From an uncultured archaeon (lineage in GTDB: Archaea > Asgardarchaeota > Heimdallarchaeia > Heimdallarchaeales > Heimdallarchaeaceae): a stretch of DNA of 17,622 nucleotides. Positions 7,293 to 15,624 of this stretch are shown here, piece by piece. The stretch spans positions 1 through 17,622 of the forward strand of contig CAZJUB010000002.1 of the NCBI GenBank assembly GCA_964549075.1, written 5' to 3'. Under the pieces are notes generated by a model. That model was not told the origin of the DNA. It made no database searches and saw nothing but the letters and a program-made list of their open reading frames with translations. The stretch's first letter is position 1, and each line of letters starts with the position of its first letter. The position numbers were made by a program, and so were the translations under genes.

Positions 7293-8420
7293 ATGAAGAA
7301 ATACAAAATCGCAGTTTTACCAGGAGATGGCATTGGAAAAGAAGTCACAGATGCGGCAATGAAAGTTCTAGATGCTGTTGGATTTAGTGAAATAGCTGAG
7401 TATACTTACGGAGATATTGGTTGGGAATTTTGGTGTAAAGAAGGTAATGCACTCCCGGATAGAACAATTGAATTGTTGAAGAACTCAGATTGTTGCTTAT
7501 TCTCTGCAATAACATCGAAACCAAAAGAAGAAGCAGCAAAAGAACTTATTCCAGAATTACAAGGAAAAGGACTTGTTTATTTTAGTCCTATTGTAAAATT
7601 AAGACAATTGTTTGATTTATATGTAAACTTGCGTCCATGCAAAGCTTATCCAGGTAATCCGATTAACTTTCGAGATGATATCGATTTAGTAGTTTTCAGA
7701 GAAAATACTGAAGGTCTTTATGTTGGTGTTGAATGGTACCCAGTTCCAGAAGAAGTAATGAAAACAATTGTAAAAAATCACCCGAAAGCTCAAAGATTCG
7801 CAGATGTAAAACTTGAAGATATTGCGATATCTACACGTATTTTCACTCGAGAAGGAGTACAACGAATTCTAAAGGCGAGTATGGATTATGCAAAAGAATT
7901 TGGTTATCCCACGGTTACTGTTGTAGAGAAACCTAATGTTATAAGAGAAACTAGCGGTTTAATGGTAAGAGAAGCACGAAAATTGATACAAGAATATGAA
8001 GGAATAGAATTGTGGGAAACAAATATCGACGCTATGGCGATGTGGCTTGTAAAAAATCCTCAGAACTATAGTGTTTTAGTCTCTTCAAATATGTTTGGTG
8101 ATATTATTTCTGATTTAGCTGCCCAGTTAGTAGGAGGACTAGGCTTCGCTTGCTCTGGAAATATTGGTAAGGATTTTGCAGTCTTTGAACCTACACACGG
8201 ATCTGCACCAAAATATATGGGAATGAACAAGGTCAATCCGATAGCTCAAATTTTAGCAGCAAAGATGATGCTGGACTGGTTAGGTGAAAAAGAAAAAGCG
8301 AAGAAAATTGAAGATGCTGTTGCAGCAGTCATTGCAGAAGGAAAATATCGTACCTATGATATGGGAGGTAATACAACTACTTCAGAGATGGCAGATGCAA
8401 TTTGCAATAAAATTAACTAA
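7293..8420 (+). CDS. Beta-decarboxylating dehydrogenase (isocitrate/homoisocitrate/isopropylmalate family), NADP-type signature
   Basis: LPGDGIGKEV, SPIVKLRQLFDLYVNLRP, RENTEGLY, EKPNV, NMFGDIISDL, FEPTHGSAPKY. ATG 7293 is preferred over GTG 7284 because AAGGTG forms its SD. Confidence 0.92.
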   Translation: MKKYKIAVLPGDGIGKEVTDAAMKVLDAVGFSEIAEYTYGDIGWEFWCKEGNALPDRTIELLKNSDCCLFSAITSKPKEEAAKELIPELQGKGLVYFSPIVKLRQLFDLYVNLRPCKAYPGNPINFRDDIDLVVFRENTEGLYVGVEWYPVPEEVMKTIVKNHPKAQRFADVKLEDIAISTRIFTREGVQRILKASMDYAKEFGYPTVTVVEKPNVIRETSGLMVREARKLIQEYEGIELWETNIDAMAMWLVKNPQNYSVLVSSNMFGDIISDLAAQLVGGLGFACSGNIGKDFAVFEPTHGSAPKYMGMNKVNPIAQILAAKMMLDWLGEKEKAKKIEDAVAAVIAEGKYRTYDMGGNTTTSEMADAICNKIN

Positions 8421-8501
8421 GACAAAAATAAAGGAATCACTTGTTATAATCATAAAGAGATATCCTTATTACCATCTTTTTTATGGAACAAATTGACATA
8501 A

Positions 8502-9767
8502 ATGAATGGGTTTACATTTATAGAAAAAATCATCAAATCTCACTCTGATGCCTCTGTAGAAGAAATTTATCCTGGTAATATAGTATGGATAAATTTAGAT
8601 TTAGTGACAGCGAGAGATTATGCAGGTCCTCAAGTTGTAGATTTGTTTCAAAACAACTATCCTGGTTCTAAAGTGTTTGATAATCAAAAAATTATTTTTA
8701 CACCAGATTGTTATCCTTATGGCAATGATCCCAAGCATGCAATAGATCAAGAAAAAATACGTTTTTTTGCAAAAGAGCATAATATTAAAGTTACTGACTT
8801 AGGGTCTGGTATAGGTTCTCATCTTATATTTAGAAGAGGATTTGCAAAACCGGGGGATATTGCTTTTGGTGCTGACAGTCACTATAATATTCTTGGAGCA
8901 CTAGGTATATTGGGTCAAGGTGCTGGAGATGTAATGTTAGCTTTTTCTATGAAAACAGGTAAATCATGGATCAAGATTCCTGAAACAATAAAAGTGAACT
9001 TGAAAGGAAAATATGTTTGGCCCACATCTTCTAAAGATTTGGCACTTTATGTTCTTAAGAAACTACATGAATTTGGTATTACAGGAAAAGCTATAGAATT
9101 TTATGGAGAGATTATTTCCGAATTATCAATAGAAGAGAGAGTAACGCTCTGTTCTCTAATAACTGAAGCATCAGGAATGATTGGGTTTGTTCTTCCTGAC
9201 AAGATAACTAAAGAATATTATGAAAGATTAGGGATTGAAATTGAAATTTTTTCAGCTGATAAAAATGCTAATTATTCAGAGGAAATAACAATTGATATTG
9301 ATAATTTAGGATTATATATTGCATGTCCACCTCACCCTCATAATGTCAAACCTATCGAAGAGGTTTTAGGAACGCCTATAAGCTCAATTGTTGTTGGTTC
9401 ATGCACTAATGGTAGTGCATCAGACATTCATGAAGTAGCAAAAGTTCTTGAAGGTAAGAAAATAAACACTGAGGTTCGATTTGGAATTGTACCTGCTACA
9501 AGAGAAGATTTCATTGATATAAATGCAAATAGAGATATGACAATAATTTTAGAAGCTGGAGGGAATTTTTTTGGTGCTGGTTGTTCAACTTGTGCAAAAG
9601 GACAATATGGCTTAACAGGAGGAGAAACAGCAGTTACTTTAACTACAGGTAATAGAAATACTCAAGGGAAAATAGGTCCAGCAGATGTTTATTTGGCAAG
9701 TCCAGCAGTAGCTGCAGCTACTGCTATAGAAGGTAAGATAGCAAGACCTAGAGTAGGTGAAGAATAG
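8502..9767 (+). CDS. Aconitase-family (LeuC/HacA-like) large subunit, divergent active site
   Basis: GADSH, GSCTNG, GCSTC (three 4Fe-4S Cys), NRN, YLASPAVAAATAIEG. Atypical TARD and TPDC motifs. Confidence 0.9.
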   Translation: MNGFTFIEKIIKSHSDASVEEIYPGNIVWINLDLVTARDYAGPQVVDLFQNNYPGSKVFDNQKIIFTPDCYPYGNDPKHAIDQEKIRFFAKEHNIKVTDLGSGIGSHLIFRRGFAKPGDIAFGADSHYNILGALGILGQGAGDVMLAFSMKTGKSWIKIPETIKVNLKGKYVWPTSSKDLALYVLKKLHEFGITGKAIEFYGEIISELSIEERVTLCSLITEASGMIGFVLPDKITKEYYERLGIEIEIFSADKNANYSEEITIDIDNLGLYIACPPHPHNVKPIEEVLGTPISSIVVGSCTNGSASDIHEVAKVLEGKKINTEVRFGIVPATREDFIDINANRDMTIILEAGGNFFGAGCSTCAKGQYGLTGGETAVTLTTGNRNTQGKIGPADVYLASPAVAAATAIEGKIARPRVGEE

Positions 9768-10273
9768 TGACAGAGGAAATTATAAGAGGCAAAGCTAAAT
9801 TAGTTCGAATCGACGATATTGATACCGACCAAATTTTCCATCAATCTCTATTAACTATACATAAACCTGAAGAGATTAAACCTCATATCTTCGGTAATTT
9901 AGAAGGTTTCGAGAATTTTGGAAAGGAAAATAATTCTAATAAAATTCTAGTAGTTGGAAAGAATTTTGGGAAGGGTTCCACTAGACAACAAGCAGTAACA
10001 GGATTTTTAGCACACAAAATCAAAGCCATTGTCGGAGAATCATTTGGTCCAATATATTATAGCAACGCTGTAAATGAAGGATTACTCCTTATTGAAGTTC
10101 CCAATCTTTCTGGATTTGAAATAGAATCTGACGATGAATTAGAGATTGATATTGGTCAATCTGTTATCTTCAACAAAACCAAAGGTATTAAAATAAAATG
10201 TAATAAAATTCCACAGCCTGTTTTAGATATTATAAATGCTGGAGGTCTATTAAAACTTGGAGGAAAATTTTAA
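9767..10273 (+). CDS. Aconitase-family (LeuD/HacB-like) small subunit
   Basis: DDIDTDQIF, VVGKNFGKGSTRQQA, SFGPIYYSNAVNEGL, IINAGGLL. GTG start overlaps the upstream TAG. SD AGGTGA. Confidence 0.9.
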   Translation: MTEEIIRGKAKLVRIDDIDTDQIFHQSLLTIHKPEEIKPHIFGNLEGFENFGKENNSNKILVVGKNFGKGSTRQQAVTGFLAHKIKAIVGESFGPIYYSNAVNEGLLLIEVPNLSGFEIESDDELEIDIGQSVIFNKTKGIKIKCNKIPQPVLDIINAGGLLKLGGKF

Positions 10274-10285
10274 GGAGGTTTAATT

Positions 10286-12139
10286 ATGGTAGGAAAAACA
10301 TTTTCAGAAAAATTGTTCTCACTTAAGTCAGAATCAGATGTTAGAGCAGGAGCGATTGTCTATGCAGAACCAGATTTAATTCTCTCGCACGACAACTCAG
10401 CTTCAATTCTAAAAACATTTCAAAAAATGGGAGGAACAGAGATTAAATTTCCTAAAAGATTGGTTATTGTACTTGACCATGATTCACCACCGACTAATGT
10501 ACAATTGGCTAATGATCATAAAACTATCAGAGAGTTAGTAAGTAAGTACAAAATCGATAATTTCTATGATGAAGGGAGAGGTATATGTCACCAACTCATG
10601 TCTAACCACGCTCTACCAAACATGTTAATCGTTGGTTCCGATTCTCACACCTGTACAAGTGGAGCGTTTGCTACTTTTGCTGCTGGAATAGATAGAACAG
10701 AAACTGCGGGATTATGGTTAACAGGAAAGACATGGTTCAGAGTTCCTGAAACCATTAAAGTCGTTTTAACAGGTAAACTGTCTGCTGGAGTTTACGCAAA
10801 AGACATAGCTCTTTGGTTAATGAATAAAATTGGTGCATCTGGTGCGACTTATCAAGCCATTGAATTTCATGGGGATGGTGTAAAAACACTATCCATTTCA
10901 GAGAGGATGACTCTCGCTAACCTCGCATCAGAAATGGGAGCGAAAACAGCTATTTTCCCTGCTGATGAAATATTATTAAAATGGCTAAAAGAGAAACATG
11001 GAAAGCAGGAAATTCTTGATGTAGAAGGTCTAATATGGTCGGACGAAGATGCAGCTTTCAGTTTTGAAGTATCGCTACAACTAGACCTTCTAGAACCACT
11101 TGTTGCCATACCACATCAAGTTGATACTGTAGAATATGTAAAGAATCTAAAAAAAACTAATATTCAACAAGCGTTTTTAGGCACTTGTACGAATGCTAGG
11201 TTAGACGATTTGGAAATAGCTGCTTCAATTTTGAAAAATAAAAAAATAAAGAAAGGAGTACCATTACTAGTTGCTCCAGCATCGGCAGAGATTTATCTAC
11301 AGGCATTGAGGAAGGGGATAATTGAGGTTTTAGTAGAAGCTGGAGCTACAATTCTTTCCTGTAGTTGTGGTCCATGTCTTGGAAAGGGACAGGGAATACC
11401 AGCAGATGGTTGGAATGTAATATCAACTGCAAATAGAAATTTCTTAGGAAGAATGGGAAATAAAAATTCTTTTGTTTTCTTAGCATCGCCAGCTACTGTC
11501 GCTGCTTCAGCAATAGAAGGAAGAATCGTGGACCCTAGACAACAAATGTCAATACCCATTAGAAGAGACGAGAAATCAGTTGAATTGAATTACAGAGAGG
11601 TTGAAACAAAAACTCTTACAATAGATCCTTCTGATAACAGATATAAGTACAATGTTTGGGATTATAGAGATGTTAATGATTTTAATACTGACCAAATGTT
11701 TGCTGGGGGATTAACTTATGATATAAAATCCTCAGAAGGAGAAAAGATTGTACCACATTTGTTCAAAGGCTTAGATGAAACATTTTCATCAAGGGTAAAA
11801 CAAGGTGATATTATAGTAGGTGGGGAGAATTTCGGATGCGGATCATCAAGAGAACATCCAGCTGTAGGTCTTGCTTTTGCTGGTATAAAAGCGGTTATTG
11901 TAAAATCAGTTGCAAGGATATTTTACAGGTCAGCAATTAATCAAGGATTACCTATTATAGTTCACCCTGAATTTGTAGAGAATTATAATCCAGACAATCC
12001 AGTCAACATTGATTTAGAGAAAGGTACAATTACGAATGGTGATCGAACATTTACTTTTCCTAAACTCCCAAAAGAATTACTTAAAATATTCAACGCGGGA
12101 GGTTTAATCAGATACTATCAGCAACTTTATTCATCTTAG
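10286..12139 (+). CDS. Fused LeuC-LeuD type aconitase/homoaconitase-family hydratase
   Basis: SHDN, LDHD, GICHQ, GSDSHT, GTCTN, CGPC, STANRNFLGRMG, then swivel domain NTDQMF, NFGCGSSREHPA. SD AAGGAGG. Confidence 0.92.
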   Translation: MVGKTFSEKLFSLKSESDVRAGAIVYAEPDLILSHDNSASILKTFQKMGGTEIKFPKRLVIVLDHDSPPTNVQLANDHKTIRELVSKYKIDNFYDEGRGICHQLMSNHALPNMLIVGSDSHTCTSGAFATFAAGIDRTETAGLWLTGKTWFRVPETIKVVLTGKLSAGVYAKDIALWLMNKIGASGATYQAIEFHGDGVKTLSISERMTLANLASEMGAKTAIFPADEILLKWLKEKHGKQEILDVEGLIWSDEDAAFSFEVSLQLDLLEPLVAIPHQVDTVEYVKNLKKTNIQQAFLGTCTNARLDDLEIAASILKNKKIKKGVPLLVAPASAEIYLQALRKGIIEVLVEAGATILSCSCGPCLGKGQGIPADGWNVISTANRNFLGRMGNKNSFVFLASPATVAASAIEGRIVDPRQQMSIPIRRDEKSVELNYREVETKTLTIDPSDNRYKYNVWDYRDVNDFNTDQMFAGGLTYDIKSSEGEKIVPHLFKGLDETFSSRVKQGDIIVGGENFGCGSSREHPAVGLAFAGIKAVIVKSVARIFYRSAINQGLPIIVHPEFVENYNPDNPVNIDLEKGTITNGDRTFTFPKLPKELLKIFNAGGLIRYYQQLYSS

Positions 12140-12151
12140 AAGTGTGTAAAT

Positions 12152-13459
12152 ATGAAATTATATGAATATGAAGCTAAACAGATTTTTGAGAAATTCGGTT
12201 TAATAATCCCTAAGCAATTAGCTATAATTGAAAAAACTGAGGAGATTAATGATTTGGTATTATCGTTTCCTCTAATGATAAAGGCAATGGTATTAATTGG
12301 AGGACGTGGCAAAGCTGGGGGAATTAAGAAAGCTAAAGATTTAGAGGATACTAAGAAAATAGTTGGAGAAATGTTTCAAAGCTCAATCCGTGGTTATCCA
12401 ATTAAAAAGATACTTTTGGAAGAGACTGTAAATATATCAAAAGAAATTTACTTAGCTGTGACAACCGACCCAGCTACATTTGACATAGTCTTAGTTACTT
12501 CTGCAAGTGGAGGAGTGGATATTGAGGAAGTAGCAAAAACTACACCTGAACTTATTTGGAAACAAAAAATCCTTGATAATGCAGAAGAATTAGATGATAT
12601 TACTGCTGAAGAAGCAATCAAATTTCTTTCGAAGAACTTACCAACTGACGAGCATATTACCAATCAACTAAAAGATGCTATAAAAAACCTATATTTAACA
12701 TTTCAAAGTATCGAGGCTAAGATTTGTGAAATTAACCCTTTGATTCTTACTACAAATCATCAGATAGTTGCTGTTGATGCAAAAGTGGTACTTGATGATA
12801 ATAGTTTATACAGACAAGAACCTATGTTGAAATCAATAGGTATTGATCCTCGAAGTAAAAGACACGATGTTTCAGAGCAGACCGTTTATGAAGCAAAAGC
12901 GTACAAAATTGGATTTCCTTACTTAGATTTACTCAAAAATCCTGAGAACTTCAAAAAAGATGAAAGTAAATTATATGTAGCACTTGTACCTGGAGGAGCT
13001 GGATATGGGATTTTCTCAATAGATGAAGTAGTCAATGTGGGTAACAGATTTTTTGATGGAAAAGTAGTTCCCATAAATTTTATGGATAGTGGAGGTGGAC
13101 CATCATTAAGTAAAGTTGCGGATATGTTTCATCTACTAATGGATCACCCTGCTACTGATTTAATCATTACAAGCAGATTTGGAGGTATTTCCAGCTGTGA
13201 TATTTTCATTCGCGGATTAATCATGGCTTTAAGAGACAGATACATGAAAAAACGCAGGATGATCCCAGTTTATGGTAGAATGGTTGGCACTGATTTAGCA
13301 GCAGCAAGAGAATATCTTGAAAAAGCGAAACGAGAAACGCCTGATCCTTTGAAAGATTTACATATTGTTGTAGGAAATCAAAAAATTATGGCAGATGTCA
13401 TCAAAGATAGTATTGAATATGGCTTTAAAATAAAACAGCAGCAGGAGACTGGAGGATAG
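12152..13459 (+). CDS. ATP-grasp acyl-CoA synthetase beta-type subunit (SCS-beta / citryl-CoA synthetase large / ACL-beta-like)
   Basis: MKLYEYEAK, IKAMVLIGGRGKAGGIK, EINPL, DAKVVLDDN, GGAG, PINFMDSGGG, FGGISSCD. Confidence 0.88.
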   Translation: MKLYEYEAKQIFEKFGLIIPKQLAIIEKTEEINDLVLSFPLMIKAMVLIGGRGKAGGIKKAKDLEDTKKIVGEMFQSSIRGYPIKKILLEETVNISKEIYLAVTTDPATFDIVLVTSASGGVDIEEVAKTTPELIWKQKILDNAEELDDITAEEAIKFLSKNLPTDEHITNQLKDAIKNLYLTFQSIEAKICEINPLILTTNHQIVAVDAKVVLDDNSLYRQEPMLKSIGIDPRSKRHDVSEQTVYEAKAYKIGFPYLDLLKNPENFKKDESKLYVALVPGGAGYGIFSIDEVVNVGNRFFDGKVVPINFMDSGGGPSLSKVADMFHLLMDHPATDLIITSRFGGISSCDIFIRGLIMALRDRYMKKRRMIPVYGRMVGTDLAAAREYLEKAKRETPDPLKDLHIVVGNQKIMADVIKDSIEYGFKIKQQQETGG

Positions 13460-13463
13460 TTTC

Positions 13464-15608
13464 ATGACAAGCGTAAAACTTGAAGCAGATAAAGGTTTAC
13501 TCAACTATCTTATAAATCATGTAAGACCAGAATTAGCAGAAAAAATAAACAAATCTAAATCAATTGAAACTATGATTGTTGGATTAGGAAGACAGGGAAC
13601 CAGACACGCTCAGTTGATGATGGAGTATGGTACGAATGTAACTTGTGGTGTAGCACCTGGTAGAGGTGGAACAATGGTTCATGAAACAATACCTGTATAT
13701 AATTCAGCTCATGAAGCTGTAAAAAAACATCCAAACATCGCAGTTGCTAGTATTTGGAGACATTATTCTACTGCCAAGGATGCAACAATTGAAGTTATAA
13801 GAGCAGGTGTTCCAATTGTTGTTCTCATCTCTGAATTCATCCCACTTAAGGATGTAAGAGATATTTTAGTAGAGGCACGAAAACATAACACTATCTTGTT
13901 TGGAGGTAACACTCCTGGAATAATTTTCCCTCCCGAAGGTATAAAGGTTGGTATGCTTCCAGATATTTTTCAAGCACAAATTATGGAAAACGGAGAAACT
14001 GGACCTAATGGCGTCACTATCTTGTCAAGAAGTGGTGCAATATTATATCACATGTCTGATGCACTTGCAAGTGCTGGAATTGCACAAAATGGAGTATTAG
14101 GAATAGGTGGGGACGGTGCTATAGGTTCAAGATTTGTAGATTTAGTTTCATTGGTTATGAAATATTCAAATACAGATTTGGTGGTTGTAGCAGGTGAAAT
14201 CGGAGGAATGCAAGAAGAGCTTCTTGCTCAAGATATGATCGAACATCCAGAGAGGTATTCAAAACCGCTTGTTGCACTCATTTCTGGAGCAAATGCTCCT
14301 GAAGGAAAAACAATGGGACATGCAGGAGCGGTTATAGCTCCAGGACAGATGTATGGTACTTTCAATTCTAAGAAAGAGATATTAGAAAAAGCTGGAGCAA
14401 TCGTTGTAAATCACCAAAACGATTTAATTCAAGCTGTAAAATCCAAACTTAATCGAACATACTTTAAAGTTGAAGATTATTATCAGAGAATGAAAAAGAA
14501 ATGGGACGAAAAACCTCCTGAACCCACTTGGGGAACTCTGATTACCAATGTTATGCCTAATAATTTAATTATTCGAGGATATCCTTTACAGGAAATCATT
14601 GCAAAAAAAGGCTTATTAGAAACAACTTATCTTCTAATTGAAGGTGAATTTCCAAAAGAAAACTTGAAAGAGCTAGAGAAAATAGCTATTGTAGCAGCTA
14701 AAGAACAACTTTCTATTAATTATAAATTCTCAAAAGAGACAGACATTTCAAAATTAATTGGCACATTTCTTTTACTAGATGAGAATTTATCGAACTATGC
14801 TCAGGTAGAAAAAGATCATTCAAAGGTTGCAGTTTATTCTTTAGGTAGGATTCTGAGATATCTTTCAATTTACTTCGGTAACACACAAAAAATAGATACA
14901 CAAGATGAAGAAAAGATAACTTTCTCTGAATTAATATATCTAGGATTGGTTGGAGAAATACCTAGCGATAAAATAAAAATCAAACTTCTTGAAGCTATCA
15001 TTACCGCATGTGTAGACCATGGTGTTACACCTCCATCAACACAGACAACACTAATATTAGCTTCAACTCGCTCAAATTATGAAGTAGCTGTTTCAGCAGG
15101 TATCCAAGCTATAACTGATGTCCATGGTGGGGCAGGTCAAAAAGCAGCTGAATTTATGATTTCAGCAGTTAATAAATCCAGAGAAAATTCCAAGGATTTA
15201 GAAGAGACAACCTTTGAGTTGATGAAAGATACTATCAAAGCAGGAAAACGTGTTGAAGGGCTTGGTCATAGGATTCACACCCAAGATCCTAGAAGAGATG
15301 TTCTTTGGGATTTAGCTGAGAAAGCTGGATATGCAAAAGAATGTGTTGCAGTTTCAAAAGTTATAAGTGATGCGTTTTACAGGGTTAGAGGAATGAACCT
15401 TCCCATAAATGTAGACGGTGTAATTGGAGCGATTATAGCTGATATGGATATAAATCCTAAATTAGCTAAAGCTGTATTTGTCTTTGGAAGAGTTGCTGGA
15501 TTAGCTGCGCATTATTATGAAGAGATTAGTACTCAACCTCAAATGAGAAGAATTGAGTTTAATAATGCAGTCTATAAAGGACCATCTATAAGAGAACTTA
15601 GAGAGTAA
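13464..15608 (+). CDS. Fusion of SCS-alpha-like CoA-ligase domain and citryl-CoA-lyase/citrate-synthase domain (ATP citrate lyase alpha-like architecture)
   Basis: N-half: GRQGTRHAQLMMEYGTNV, SRSGA, GIGGD, GEIGG, phospho-His loop KTMGHAGA. C-half: LIIRGYPL, VDHGVTPPST, HGGAG, GLGHRIHTQDPR, PINVDG, GRVAGLAAH. SD GGAGG. Confidence 0.9.
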   Translation: MTSVKLEADKGLLNYLINHVRPELAEKINKSKSIETMIVGLGRQGTRHAQLMMEYGTNVTCGVAPGRGGTMVHETIPVYNSAHEAVKKHPNIAVASIWRHYSTAKDATIEVIRAGVPIVVLISEFIPLKDVRDILVEARKHNTILFGGNTPGIIFPPEGIKVGMLPDIFQAQIMENGETGPNGVTILSRSGAILYHMSDALASAGIAQNGVLGIGGDGAIGSRFVDLVSLVMKYSNTDLVVVAGEIGGMQEELLAQDMIEHPERYSKPLVALISGANAPEGKTMGHAGAVIAPGQMYGTFNSKKEILEKAGAIVVNHQNDLIQAVKSKLNRTYFKVEDYYQRMKKKWDEKPPEPTWGTLITNVMPNNLIIRGYPLQEIIAKKGLLETTYLLIEGEFPKENLKELEKIAIVAAKEQLSINYKFSKETDISKLIGTFLLLDENLSNYAQVEKDHSKVAVYSLGRILRYLSIYFGNTQKIDTQDEEKITFSELIYLGLVGEIPSDKIKIKLLEAIITACVDHGVTPPSTQTTLILASTRSNYEVAVSAGIQAITDVHGGAGQKAAEFMISAVNKSRENSKDLEETTFELMKDTIKAGKRVEGLGHRIHTQDPRRDVLWDLAEKAGYAKECVAVSKVISDAFYRVRGMNLPINVDGVIGAIIADMDINPKLAKAVFVFGRVAGLAAHYYEEISTQPQMRRIEFNNAVYKGPSIRELRE

Positions 15609-15624
15609 ATATCAATCAATCTCA

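Noticed and set aside
8421-8501. Imperfect inverted repeats between the dehydrogenase and large-subunit genes (attenuator or operator)
   Set aside because: AT-rich, bulged pairings expected by chance at this base composition. Cannot be supported.
7293-12139. Calling these genes leuB/leuC/leuD (leucine operon)
   Set aside because: No leuA or ilv genes in the window, the dehydrogenase lacks LeuB substrate and NAD motifs, and the hydratases are duplicated with one atypical.
2464-14901. Shadow ORFs 2464-2691, 5439-5711, 5638-5826, 8284-8496, 10867-11109, 11293-11559, 12448-12663, 14716-14901
   Set aside because: Overlap better-supported genes on the opposite strand or in another frame, with composition typical of spurious frames.
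12152-15608. Calling the pair plain sucC/sucD
   Set aside because: The alpha subunit is 714 aa with a fused citryl-CoA-lyase domain, and substrate-site motifs deviate from SCS.
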